A DNA stretch of 64,000 bases, from the NCBI GenBank assembly GCA_000165425.1, contig CT868671.1, forward strand, positions 67,027 to 131,026. The letters run 5' to 3'. Position 1 is the first letter of the stretch. Each line of letters starts with the position of its first letter. The notes under the pieces were generated by a model. It ran no database searches and was not told where the DNA came from. It saw only the letters and a program-made list of their open reading frames with translations. The stretch is from Paramecium tetraurelia. Its lineage: Eukaryota. Both the position numbers and the translations under genes were made by a program. Of this stretch, positions 39,981-53,858 are shown piece by piece.

Positions 39981-41456
39981 TCATAACTATTGTTAAATCT
40001 AATAATTCTCATTTTTCTGATTATTTCTTTAAAAAGAACTTTCAATTAATTTTTTATTTTATCTTTATTATTCAGAATATGGAGGATCATTTGAACTGAT
40101 ATTCTCAGAATAATAAATATATGCATAAATAAATATTAAAGTTATCTAATGAATAAAATAAATTTACTTTTATTGCAAATAATATATACTAAATAATGAC
40201 TTCATAAACTTAAAACCCATGTTCAATTTAAAAAAATAATACATTATTAGATGTCCAAGGAATAGTATAAATAATGAGCCAAAATGTATCAATAATAAGA
40301 GAGAATGCCAACATCAAAGAAATTACTTTAATATGTAATTATTATGAGAATTTAAAATTGTCCAAATAATAAACTAGGCTTTAGAATATTACAATTGACT
40401 ATAATAGGTATGTTATTTTACATCCAAAAATTAAGTTTTAAAAAGAGAGGAAAAAAGCACTATAAATGAGTAGATAAGTGTTAAAATGAATCCAAATTTC
40501 AACCATTATTGACTTTCTGGACTCTGTTCTAATTAGTTCTGAGGAGTAGGTTAGTTTGTAGAGTAATCACTAAACTCCTAGTGGTCTCCTTATGAATTTT
40601 AGTAGTTTTCTTCGAAAGGAAGGAACAACATATGAATATAATTCTTGTATTCTTTTACATCATCTTCTAGACTTTTGATATTTTGCTGTAACTCTTAAAT
40701 GACTTCTTTGCAATATTTTGTCTTTCATATATATCAAAATACTTAAGAATGTATCCATTGTACTCTAGCTCTAATAGTTGAATATCTAACTACATTATAT
40801 TTATCCTTTAATTCAAGTGTTATTTCATGCGGTTTTTAATCATAAAAATCTTATAAATTAAGTTTTGTTTATCCTCCTATCTCCTCTCTATCTGCCAACT
40901 CTTTATCTAAAATAACAATATAAATTTCCTCTTTGCCAGTTTAGATATCAAATTCAAATTTCTCTTCCCACACAAGATTTTCTCTTCTTGCAGATTTCGT
41001 TGAGTATCTTAAATCTTCACATCCTAAAATTACTGCTATTGGACTATTTCCAGGAAATTGAATATCAGCATCATGAATAGTAACTCTTATTCTGCTGTCT
41101 AAGGATATTTTATTTGAATTAAATTGTTCTTGAGACTATAATTCATGCAATGTTGATTTGTGATCCTCTAAATTCTTTTTTTTTTGAGATATTTATGTCT
41201 AAATAGTGGAAATCTTATTTTTCAATGATTTCAATGCTTCCATCAAAGTTCTTATGAATTTCTAAACAGTAAATTATCCAGAATCTTTTTGGACTATTTT
41301 TTCATACATTTAATCGAAAAGACCCCTATCATATTCTTAATTTGACTGAGAATCCAAGAATTTTAACAACATCTCTTTGCTAATAGGCTATTATTAGTTT
41401 GTAGAGAGTTTATTAAAAACATGAACCACTTATTTAATTATTTCATCTTAATCCAT
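39981..41456 (-). CDS. EF-hand-like, C2 domain and C-terminal ~4 TM membrane protein
   Basis: MDQDEIIKQVVHVFNKLS...ISKEMLLKFLD; C2-like SRIRVTIHDADI...NLVWEEKFEFDIQTGKEEIYIVILDKE; TMs WLKFGFILTLIYSFIVLFSSLF, VISLMLAFSLIIDTFWLIIY and others. Confidence 0.75.
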
Positions 41457-41503
41457 TTTAACTGTATTAAAAATTATTATTAAATTTAACGAATTCTCTC
41501 ACA

Positions 41504-44092
41504 ATGAGACCTCAATCTCCCAAATTTTTTCAAACTCAGACCATTGCAACAACTAGAGTAGTCAATTCTCCACCCAGAGACAAACGTCATGATTCTTGTG
41601 GTCGATTAGCAAAGGTTACGACCTATCAATCTAGACCTAAAACAACTGTCACCACTACTACTTATAGACCTGTAATAGAGACTAGGACTGTGAAATTATG
41701 CACAGAAAAAAAGTGTTAAGGACATGTAAGTAATCTATTAATGGTAGGAAACTTTGATTGAGTAATTGACTCAAGAAAATAATAGATTAAATCAAAGAGT
41801 AAATGAGCTTTAAAATGATTTAGACCTTTAGATAGAGAAGTTTGATAGCGAATAATAAGTGTGGGTAAACACTGGTATGGAAATAGAGAGTATGAGAAAA
41901 CTCTTAGAGGAAACTTAAAAAAATCATAAGCAAGAGGTGACTTATCTAAATTCAGAACTCAATACCTTTAAGTCACAGTTCTAATATTAAGATGATTAAA
42001 TCAGATTCTTATCTTCATAGTTAAAATAGCAAGAAGTATTTGAAAATAAAATTGCATTATTGAGTTCTGAGATAGAGAGACTTCAATTTGTAATTGAAGA
42101 TAAAAATGAAGGCATTTCATAATTGAAATTTAGAGTCTCAGATTATGAAAAGCAATTGTAAGTGGGCTAAAACGTAATTGAGGAAAGAAATCAATAAATC
42201 TCAGAATTATAATAGAAATCCAAAAATTATGAATAAGAGCTCTTATTCTCAAATAATATAATCCATGAGCTTAAATTTGAAATAACTCAAAAAGATTCAT
42301 AGACATAACAAATGTTAGCTCAAAAGGATTCTTTGATGTAAACTTTCAGAGAGAATTTAGAATTATTAGAAAAGAAATTAGCTTAATCTCAATAAAATGA
42401 ATAATTATAGGAAGAATAAATAGATACGATTCAAAAAGAAAGAGAAAATTTAAATAATAAAATTCATTAACTTGAAACAGAAATAAATGAACAAAAAGAA
42501 TAAAATCTTTAATTAAATTAATAAGTAATTATTAATGATCAGAATAATTAAAATTTGTAAAATCAATTAATTGAATAAACTCAACATCATGAAAATTTAT
42601 TGTCAAACAAAGACACTGAACATGAATTAACAAAATAAGAAAGGGAAGCCTTAATTAATCAATTAGAATAAGTTTAATAAGAAAATGTAGATAAAACAAA
42701 AGAAATAGATGATTTAAAGAATTAGAATCAAAGTTTGATTTCCTAATTACAAGAAAAGACAACTAATTTAGATCTAGTGTCTGAAGAATTAGAAACAACA
42801 AAATCAAAACTTGATAATTTTGATGAAATTAATAAGAATTTACAATTAAAACTAAGCTAGAATGAAGCCCAAAATGTTGAATTGTAAGATAATTTAAATT
42901 TAAAATCGGAGAGTCTATAATAGTTAGAAAAATAATTAGAATCATAAATAGAAATCAATAAATAATCATAAAATCTTATTTAAATATTAAATTAAGAAAA
43001 ATCTGATCTAGAAAGCAAGAACTAGTTGTTGGAAACTGAAGTTAAATAATAAGTGGTTTAAATAGAAGATCAAAAGACATAAATGAGTGAAAGAATGAAA
43101 GAAGCTGAAGTAGAGTAATAATAACTAAATTAATAAATTAATTAATTAAAAAAAGAGTAAGATAATCTGTTAACTTAAAATAAAGATCAACAATCATAAA
43201 TTACTTAATTATAATAATAAAATGATAATCATCAATTATGCGAAGAGAGTTTGAAAGAAGAAAAAATGTAATTAATATAATAAATATTACTCGAATGCTT
43301 TGAAATGGAAAGATTGAAAATCTTAGTCACTCAATAATAAGAAAAATTATCTCAATCTGATAAAATCAAATAACAATTAGAAGATGAATTTGAAAAATTC
43401 AAAGAAAATAGTATTTTAAATAGTTAGAAATAAGAAATAAAATTAACAGAGTTGCAATAATAAATAGATGAAGATATTAAATAAATTGATAGTTTAAAAA
43501 GAGATCTTAAATATTAGCTGTCTTTGGAGGAAGAATTAAATAAGAAAAATCATTTCTAATAGGATTAGATATCTCATCTGTAAGGTGTAGAGTAATAGTT
43601 GAAGTATCTGAACGAGTAAACTAATTTACAAGCTAAGAATTTATAAAAAGAATTAGAAAACAAAATAGAATCTGAAAGTTCTTTACGATTCAAGCTTGAG
43701 AAATTATTAGAAGAATTAAAAATAAAATAAATGTAATTAGTAGAGCTAGATTCTTAAATGAGATAAATTGAATAAAGTAATAACATTGAGATTTCTAATT
43801 TGGAAGAAAAAAATAGTTACTTATAAAATGAGGTAGAAACTTGGAGGTAAAAGTTCTCCATTTTAAATAAAGATTATCATCGAGTTCAAGAGGACTTAAT
43901 GATGCTTCAAGCAGAGTTTGATGCACATAAGAAAAGAGGTTAAGATCTCAAAAATGTTAAAGTATTAAATAATTATAATTATTAAAGGAATCCACCTATT
44001 TTGAAGTAAGAAAATCCTCTTTGTATAAAGAGAACGTAGACATAAAAGGAAGCTAAACTTCAATAGGAAGAATTTTCAAAGAAAATATCTGA
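41504..44092 (+). CDS. Long Gln/Glu-rich coiled-coil protein (cytoskeletal/cortical-like)
   Basis: MRPQSPKFFQTQTIATTRVVNSPPR..., FENKIALLSSEIERL motif, continuous heptads; introns near 41726 and 43962. Confidence 0.78.
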
Positions 44093-44472
44093 TGAAGATA
44101 ATAATGAAATATCTATAACTAAATTTCATAAACTTATAATTAATTCAGATTTCATTATTAATATCTCGTAAGTTTTTAATCCATAAATATTTATAGTGTC
44201 TTTTTTTCATTTTCTTATATTATCTCTTCTTATCATATATTATTAGCATTAACATCTTATTTTAAGATTATCTATAACAATACTTCTTTATTTTTATCAT
44301 CCAAATACGTTTTCAGTTAAAATTGAATAAAATATAAGTAGCTTTCATTTAAATTAGTAAATGAAGGGTATTTATTAAAAATACTCTAATATAATTTTTA
44401 TAATTTATTAAATTGAGAATGAAAAAATATTTGATAAAATTATTCGTGCAAACTTAATAATTATAAAATCTA

Positions 44473-46431
44473 TCAGTTATATAACAAGTTAAATTAAGTT
44501 AAGATTGCAGTTACTTTTTCTGAAAGTAAATCTGGTTCATCACGAGCCTTTGTTAATAGGAGCTCTTCTGCTTTATAATCTACATTTTATAGTTCCACTT
44601 AGAATAGGACTCTAGACCTAGCAGTATTTATCATGGATAAGTAGAGTAAACATTTAATTCTTTTTAATTTAGGATCAGAATCATCCTAATACTTAAAAAA
44701 TGTATCTTGTAACATCTTCAGCAATTCTTTATACAATTCAATATTGGTTTGTTAGTATTGTTAATTAAAGTTGGCTGAATCATAAGGTTCACATTAAATT
44801 TTCTTCATTACGTTTTTTGATAACCATGACATCCAACCCTAAGCATCTCCTTCTCTAACTTGAACCTGTAGAAGTTTGGGATGATCTTCGTTTTCTACTT
44901 ACTTTTTCAATAACTAAAATCTATCATAAGACCCTAAGGATTATTAAAAGAATTGGAATCTTTATTACAACTTTATGAATAATTATTTAGCAACCATTTT
45001 TAGATACTCTATATACATTGAAAACTTTGATTCCATAGTTATGAAATCAAGCTTAGATTTTTTAACTAAAGGTATTATTTGTTCAAGATATTCAGCCAAT
45101 TTCAAAATTGCTATATATTGATTTCTTATATGGTATAGTTGCATGATTTAATCATTTTGTTTTTTTTAAGGATCAAACTTGCTGGTTGGAAAAATGTTCT
45201 TTACATCCGGTTCAGAAAATTACTTTGCTTATCCTTCATCTTAAAGTGTTATTTATGGTTATGTTTTTATCTCAAATCCAGAATATTTATTTGGGTCATC
45301 TTGATACAATTATTTTTCATTCTGAAAGTTGCCTTCATTCTCTTATTGAATTATACTCTTAAATTGTTTTTCTTCGTAATCTAAAATGGACTCTTCTATT
45401 TTTCCAGAATAAATGACTTAATTTTAATTTAATTCTAAATCAATTGGATTAGATAAATCCCCTTCTCTATACTTGAAAAATTCATGTTGATATAATTCTT
45501 AAAATGAAAGTCTTTGTTTTGGATCGAATTTAAGCATCTTTCTTATCAATTCTCTCAATTAAAGATTAGCAATCTAATTTAAATCAGCATTCTCCTTTTT
45601 AATTAAATCTTATAGAGGAGTTCTATTTGTTGGATCGAAATAGGGGTATTTACCCACTAACATGTAATATAGACAGACTCCAAGACTGTACATATCGGCT
45701 TAGAATGAGTACTTTTATTCATTTAATATTTCAGGAGCTTGATTTATTATTTTATATGATACCCATATTTAGTTCTGTTCCTGCCCAAGTACTTGTTTAA
45801 CTCTAAAGATCTCCCAGCTTCTTCGCCAATCCTAAATCAATCAATTTATAGGTTGCTCTCTCAAATACACTAATATCATTTCTTGTCTATAAGGCATTCT
45901 AATCTTCTTAGCTCAATTAAACAGCGAAATTCTCTAATTTCAAGTCTCTATGAATAATCTTATTCCTATGTAAGTAGGATAATCCATTTGCTAGCTATCT
46001 CAATATAATCAAGACTAATTCATCTGGCAATTTTCCTTTATAAAATCTTTTCACCATAAATTCAACATCTAAGTAACAGTACTAAAATTAGAGTTATTAA
46101 ATTTACCTCCAGAATTAAAATTAATTTCTAACTATTTTGATTACTCTTAAACAATTTAATCACATTTCTATTGTCACTCTCTGACAATAATTTCATCTCA
46201 TTTTGCATATAAGGTATTATCTCCTTTTACATATTTTTCAAATCGATCACCTATACAGATTTTTAAATTATATACCTTTATAGCCACCAATTCTCCTTTT
46301 TCTGTTTCCGCTCTATACACTTTTGCATAAGAACCTCTTCCAATTGGAGCAAAATTTTTGTATTCCCCTGGGAAAGAAGCTTCAATAGCACCTTAGTCTG
46401 ATTCCGGTTGATTACCTATAAGTTAATTCAT
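44473..46431 (-). CDS. Ser/Thr kinase, ULK/ATG1-like N-terminal domain with long helical C-terminus
   Basis: IGRGSYAKVY, VAIK, IIHRDLKLENF, LIDLGLAKK, WAGTE...APE, ADMYSLGV; three tiny introns. Confidence 0.85.
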
Positions 46432-46499
46432 TAATTTAAATAATATAAGATGATAGAAATAACAAGTTTATGAAATTCTATAATCATTTTTGTAAATTT

Positions 46500-47291
46500 T
46501 TTAATCTGATAAAACCTTATTATTAATTTAATAAGTATCATATCTGGAGAAACCAGGAATCGAGTTCTTTTGCATGAGTCAACTTGATGTGCTTCAATAT
46601 TTGCAAATTGCACTTTTTGGTTTCATGGAACAAATAAAAATTCAACATAAAATCAACTAAATTTCACTACTTTCTGAAATTTGATAAACAACCACTATTG
46701 GATTTGTGCAATCTTTATCCTCCATTCCTCTTCTTAGGGATCTCTTTAAAAATTATATGATTTAATTGTCTTATTGATAATCTTAGTTTATAATTTCTCT
46801 GAGAATCGTTTAGATCTTATATATAATAAATCAGTATTGATATCTTTGATTTTTTATTGAGTCACAATCATTATTTTCAGTAGAAATAGCATTTCTGATT
46901 TTACTATCTCATCTTTTCCCTATCAACTAGCGATTTCTATAATTTAGAATTAATGGTAGGTAAGTTATACTCCCTGAATATCCTACTAATTATAGCTATC
47001 TCCAATCATCTTATGTAATAAGTGTTCTGTCTATTCATAGGATTTATAAAAATGCTTAAAAGGTTCTATAATATCTCAATGCAACTGAAACATATTAAAT
47101 AGGTCTCCTTCCTTAAATAATAACCTTGATCATCAACCATTAATTAATTATTGAATCTATAATTTCAAAAGATAGAAGTAGGGATTTAGTGATTGTAATA
47201 TTGTAATCAATATTTTAAATTCATTTCTTAACTTAAACTTTGATATGATTTTAATTTAGAGAACTGCTCCTTAAATGCCTTAGATTTTCAT
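46500..47291 (-). pseudogene. Possible decayed coding remnant
   Basis: ~800 bp that looks coding-like but has TGA stops in the minus-strand frames I read and no clean intron-corrected ORF. Confidence 0.25.
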
Positions 47292-47374
47292 TATTTATAG
47301 AGAGTTCTTTAAATATTTTTATTTAAAACTCTTTACAATATAATTAAATTTAATTTAGTAATTAATCAAATATA

Positions 47375-47970
47375 TCAATAAAACATATGTTATTGCTGTT
47401 ATTCTTATGGTTAATAAAGAGGTCCAAATCCACCAGAAGAACTATAGACTTTATATTCAACAGGAGGCTTTTCTCTGCTCTATAAGGCTTTTCCAAACTT
47501 TTATAAGTCACCACGTAAGGCTGTTTATTTTTCTTATTTTCCTAGGTTTTCTCTTTTTAAGTCTTGCTTTTCTCTTTTCAATTCTGCGATTTGTTATTAT
47601 AGATGTTTAATTTAAATGTCGTATTCTTATTAAGCTGCCTAAGGTTCATAACAAATTTACTTTCTTGGCTGCAGTAGCCAATGCTAAATCTTTCTAGAGA
47701 TTAATAACCTCATATTATTTCTCCTCGATTAATTAAGGGTAATCCTTTTGTAGCTTCTCTGCCTTCTCTTTTAAGTGGTTTTGCTCTCATAATAGTATTG
47801 TGTATTATACTTATGATCTCTAATTGAGTTTTATGTATTTCTTCTTCAAGATTAATTCTTTATTGATTTGTTTTCTCTGTTTTTTCTAAATGTTTTTGAA
47901 ACTTCTTTTCCTCTTGATTAATGTATTTCGCCAAGTTCTGTAATTTATTTTATTCAATAACTGTATTCAT
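47375..47970 (-). CDS. Hypothetical coiled-coil protein
   Basis: MNTVIEQNKLQNLAKYINQEEKK...EKPPVEYKVYSSSGGFGPLYQPQEQQQQHMFY TGA; two introns. Confidence 0.72.
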
Positions 47971-48039
47971 ATTTTAAAATATAACTAATAAATAAAGTAT
48001 TAATAAAAATGTGGTTAGATTATATGAAAAATATAACAA

Positions 48040-49892
48040 TCATGCAATTTTAACAATCGAAACACCTTCTGCTTAGTTACTTTGGATATTAGCCAATTTT
48101 TATTTTTATAGTTTTTTTGACATAGTTTATAGTTGGTCTTTGAATGCTTTCTTTTTCTCTTTTTAAGCTTATTTCAACTATTTCACTAATTCCTTTCTCT
48201 ATTTCTTTTCTTCAGGAGTTTCCTCTTTTTTGATAACTACTTATTTAAGAGTTTCTAAAATAAAACTAGTATACATACCACAAACAGCCTCTTTGACTTT
48301 CTCCTTCTCTTGCTTTAATTCTTTAATTTTAATTTTTTCTTCTTCCTTTTGTTTCATCCTATCCTCCTTGGTCGATTGGATTTACCCTTTAGTTTTATAT
48401 TTGATTATGTTTAATTAATCTGGATTCATTTTGGACATGGTGGTATTATGTAGAGATTTAGTAACAATAGTTTCTTAATACTTTTCAGCAGGTTCCATGT
48501 CAGGACATTCTTCATCGGTGGAATCCCTATTGAGATAGTTCTATAATGCGATATCTTCTTCTGGAGTGAGAGGTGGTACCTCCTTCTTAAGATGGAATTA
48601 TGAGAAATCTGCATTTGGGAATTTTTATCTCAAATATTCATTATAATCTGTGTTTTTCAAATACTCAAGTCTTTTTTCTTTTTATTCTAAAATTATTTAT
48701 GGAATATATCATACATTCATTTTCTTCAGGTTGATCTTTAGGTTTTTGTTAATTTTTGGACTTTTTTTATTACTTTTTAGTCATTGTATTCAGATGATCA
48801 TCTATAACTTTATTAAGCATTTGATCATTAACAAACTCTTTATTTTGTTGGTCATCATCATCTTCATCATCAGGTGCTTCGTAAGCATTCATCTCCCTTT
48901 CGAATTCTCTTTCCATATCAGAATCAATTTCTAATTCTGAATCAGAATCACTTTATTATTATTTGGATTGTTTTTATTATTTCTATTATTACTATTATTT
49001 TTATTAAGATTTCTAATTCATTTTATTTTTATCATAAGTGATTTCCATTTCCTCTTCATCCTCATAATCCTCATCATTATCAGATTCTTCTTGATCTTAA
49101 AATCTAACTTATTTTTTAGGAGATTCTGCTGCTTTTTATATCTATTCTACTTTTTATACTTATTCTAGCTTTTCCACTTTTTATACCTATTCTACTTTCT
49201 ATTCTTAAATTGGTTGTAATTTATTTTATTGTATTAAATTGGAAACAAAATCATCATCTAATTCTTCTTAATTTTCTTAATTATTTTCATCATCATCTTC
49301 ATCTTCTTTCATCAATAGATCATACACCTCCTGTTATTCTTATGTTAACTCTTCTCTTTTGAAATCTATATCGTAGACAACCTTGGATCTCTCTTCTTCA
49401 GGAACCACAAAGACACATTCCACTTCTCCTTAGGCTAAGAGATCATATAAATGAAATTATTACGTCTCTCTGGAGCAAGATGCTATGAGTAGTCATACCC
49501 ATCCAAAGGTAATCCGTTTTCATCATAATGTTTCATGACCACATCCTGGAATTACTCTTATTTCTGTTTTAATGCTTATAGGGCTTTTTATTTGGCCAAT
49601 TGATGAATCCAGAGGTCCTCTCTTCCAGCGACCAAATGTAAGGCATCTTCTGTAGGATCGATTTCAGGCATTCGAGGCTTAAGATTGGGATCGTACTTGC
49701 CTTTGTTGAGTTCTTTTTCAATGAGTTCAGATCTACGATAATTAGATGGGAGTACAATTCATTTTGAGTACCAGGTTGATTAACTTTTTGGAAACAAATC
49801 ATGTCTGTGGCTCCTTGGTTATTTTCACCTGGTTAATGAACCATTTTGAGAGTAGCTGCATTCTATTTGTTGATGAATTTCTTCTTGCCCAT
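48040..49892 (-). CDS. LTV1: Low temperature viability protein LTV1 (pre-40S assembly factor)
   Basis: MGKKKFINKQNAATLKMVH, DGYDYSQHL, acidic middle region, ETPEEKKQRKELVKQLK near the C-terminus. Confidence 0.8.
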
Positions 49893-49921
49893 AAAATAAA
49901 ATAAAACAAAATTTAAAAATT

Positions 49922-52900
49922 ATGAATAACTATCATATTTATGATGAGATAGGAAAAGGCAAGTATTCAGTTGTGTACAAGGGAAGAAAGAAGAAGACTA
50001 TTGAATATATGGCAGTGAAGTCATTGGAGAAAAGTAGACGCACAAAACTTTTGAATGAAGTATCAATTAATTTAAATGAATCAGGTCAAAATGTTCTCTG
50101 GTCTCAAACACCCCAACATCTTGAAGTTTTACCATTGGTATGAGACGCGTAATCATCTCTGGGTCATTTTGGAGTATTGTCCAGGAGGTGATCTGATGGC
50201 ACTAATTGAAGCTGATTAATAAGGCTTACAAGAAAACATAGTGTTACGTTTCGTAAGGGACATGGCTGCAGGATTGAACTATTTGCATTCCAAGGGCATA
50301 AGTGAGTCATTTGAATTTAATATAGTCTATTGCGATTTGAGACCATCGAATGTGTTATTCAATGAATATGGAGTAGCCAAACTCAGTGATTTGGGAAATG
50401 CAAAGCGCTTGGTGGATATGATATCAGCCACCATAGGTCCAGATGTTGAAATGTCTAAAAGAGGATCGCCCTATTACATGGCACCAGAATTATTTCATGA
50501 GGGTGGAGTGTACAGTTTCTAAAGTGACTTATGGGCTTTGGGATGTATTGCATATGAATTGTGTATTGGATAAGCTCCATTCTAATGCAGCAGCTTTACA
50601 GAATTGGTTGAACTCATTTTGAATGCGGAAGTGAAACCATTAGAAGTCTAATGTTGGGATTTTATTAAGGGGTAATTCTTATGACTTAGTTCCTAGATTA
50701 CTCGACAAAGACCCTCTTAAAAGGTGGGGATGGGAAAAAATTTGTAAATTCCTTAATATTTAATATTTGAATGTGCCATCTCAACCACATTTTGAAACTT
50801 GGTGCAAAAAGAACAATCTTGTCAGAGTGACTCCTGTTCAATAGAATAACAAATAGGTGGATATTGTAAGGTTGTCCTTGAATGTCCATAAGAATATGTT
50901 AAGGGAAGATGTGCCTAGCAGTTCTCAATAGCAATAATATCATAAATAGGCTAGTAGCAATGAGAAGGATTTCAAGTTGACAAACAAAGACCAAGAAATA
51001 TTGATAGGGTCAGAGTAGTAATAAGAAGATGAAGAAATTGATAGACAACCAGACGAATTCTAAACTAATGTTTAATCAGATTTGAATTCTATTAATTCAC
51101 CACATTTACAATAGAAACCATTCACTATTAAAAAGGATTCAGTGCATCCATCTACTTAGAGTCTTCTTAATTAATCGCCTATTCCAGGGGGAATTACTCC
51201 TCAATAAAAGAAGCCAAATGAAAATGATTAATTGATGCCTATTGATTAATTATTCACTCACAGTTCTGATAATTCAGTCAAGCCTATAATTGGCAATAGA
51301 GAAATTGAAAAGTCAATTGATGCCACATTCGCAAAAGAATCATTACCTTTTTAATATATTAATGCAGATGATGTTAATAGAAATATCGAAACAGATTAAA
51401 TCGAATACCACTTCGAATAAATATATAATTCTTTACAAACAGCCAAATAATAGGAATAATTGAATATTCTAAATTATTTTGAATAAATTATCCAGACATC
51501 TAATGCAGCAAATCGCTTAATAAACTCAGCCTATATTCAATTATTGTTGAAATTATTGACAGTAAGTAAATTAACTTAATTAAAATATCGGATTTGCTGT
51601 GTTTTGGGATTGTTGATTCGACATGCTACTGTTATCGAACCTGAGGTTTCATAACATGGAATACCGGAGGCTATGGTGGAAATATTAAACTCAAAGGAAT
51701 AAAGTACTGTTAGGAGAAAGGCAGCAGCAGCTTTGGGTGAATATTTATTTTATGGTGCAACCTAAATGGAAGAGGATCCTTAGAATCCCTATTGGAAGAT
51801 GAGTAATCTTAGCTACAATTAATTGATTAAGGTTATTAAGTCGTAGAATGAAGATGAAATTGGTAAATAATGTAAATAATCTAATTAGTCAAATTCTATT
51901 GTATCAAAACCATTGAAAACATCTCATCTTAATCAATATCAATTGGATAGAGATTTGCCAAATCAGAAATAGTCTTGATGATTCTACAATGCTTTTTGTC
52001 TACCAAGAATGATAGTCTAAGAATTAGTTGTGCAGTCACCTTAGCTAATCTACTGATGTTGGATAATCAATAAGTTGATGTGTTCATGCAAAGTCTTGGA
52101 TTAAAGAGTTTGGTCTAAGTATTTATGTCATTTTAATAAGCCTAGATATTTTTAGATAACCTGCAGAGAGTGTAGTAAGCAATGATCACTATATTCAACA
52201 TTCATCTACTCCAAAGTGTAAGCACTCAGGATTCATCAAGCAATAATGTATCTTAATTGGCTTCAAATGCAGTCAACAAATTGTTAATGGAAGAATGTAT
52301 TTATGAATTTATTAAATAATAGCTTAATTAATAAAAGGATTAGTGTATCTATTGGATCATGGTAATGCTGTCAGCAGAGGGAAGGCAGCTATTGCACTGA
52401 TGTTGATGATTAAATTCAATATAGTCACTCTTATCAATCTATCAGAAGAACAATTAAGATTCTATTAAATTCTAGATAAAGGACTCAGAGACAATAATGA
52501 GTACTTAAAATAATGCTTGTAACATTTAGTACAATAACTATGTGATTGCACTCCTATTATGATCACTTAGATTAATTAGTCTTTGACTGATTCATAATTG
52601 ATGGAATACTCTCCAAAGAAAACTAATGGCAACTATTTAAATGTGTTATTCTAATACTCACAAACACCAGTCTTATAACAATCCGTATTTTCCTCTCAGT
52701 ATTTACCAATCCTAACAGAATTATTGTCACTATCAAAGAATAAAACTTAAATTCAAACTACCTTATTGAATATTATGTCTAAGATGTGTACTAACTCAAA
52801 GATTTTAATTAAACAACAACAAGTAATCATTTAACAGGTGCTCAAAAATTGCATTGATTACATGGTCAAGTAATAGAGCACTGAAACTAAATTTATGTTT

Positions 52901-53824
52901 TTGAAATTGATCATAGATCTTCTAAGTGCTCTATTGCAGGAGGAGGGGATCTATGATTATCCTAATTTCTTGAAGCCTTACTCTAACGAATTGAATAATA
53001 TCATTATTACTCTCATCCTCCCCTTGCTAAAGGAATTATTCCAAGAATAACCTCCTTTACCATTTTATGCACTCAAATTAGCATCAATTCTCCTAACCTA
53101 CAATTCCCTCTTTCTCCCTCATTTCAAAAGACATGAAGTCCTCTAGGCTATATTAGATATGTACAAGCCAGATAGTAATAATATTACAGGCCACACTTTG
53201 AATATCATTCAGAAGATCGTTGAGGGTAGCACAATTGAAGATCTCAAGCAATTTCAAATTATAGGTATAATGAAATTATTATATTTAGACAAATCATTGC
53301 AAATATTTGTGCAATTTACAAAATAGAAATAGGAATGGGCTTTTGAGGATCTATCTTCTATTATGGTAGCAATCACAAGCAAAATAATAAATGAATTACA
53401 AAGAGGGAACAATAAAGTAGTGGTGAGTCCAGATAACACTTTGATTCCTCAGCCTTTCCCTCAAGAGTTCTTATTTTTTTAAGACCAATTTTATTTCACT
53501 CTTTAATATGCTCAACAAATCATTAATATTTCTACTCCAGGATGTCAATTGACATTGTTAACTTATATGTTGCATTTGACGTATTTTTATCCAGGAAAAC
53601 TGTCGTAAATAAGGCAGTAGTTGTTCAATTAATTAATACCATTACTATGTCCTTAATTAAATAAGAGAATCATCAAGTTATTGCATTGGGTGGTTGTGTT
53701 GAATGAATAGAAACCATTTAAGATAGAAAAGAAAGAAATCTTAGTATAGGTTCTGGAAAAGTATCAGAAGGAAGACAAATCTATTGCTATGGCTGCAAAA
53801 GATTTGATGAAATATCTTCTTTGA
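49922..53824 (+). CDS. ULK4: ULK4/RUNKEL kinase-like protein with C-terminal HEAT/ARM repeats
   Basis: MNNYHIYDEIGKGKYSVVYKGRKKKTIEYMAVKS, WYETRNHLWVILEYC, YCDLRPSN, RGSPYYMAPE, SVKPIIGN, LGLLIRHATVI, VRRKAAAALGEYLFYGATQ. Confidence 0.92.
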
Positions 53825-53858
53825 ATTAAAATATATATATATTTATCTATATTTTTAA

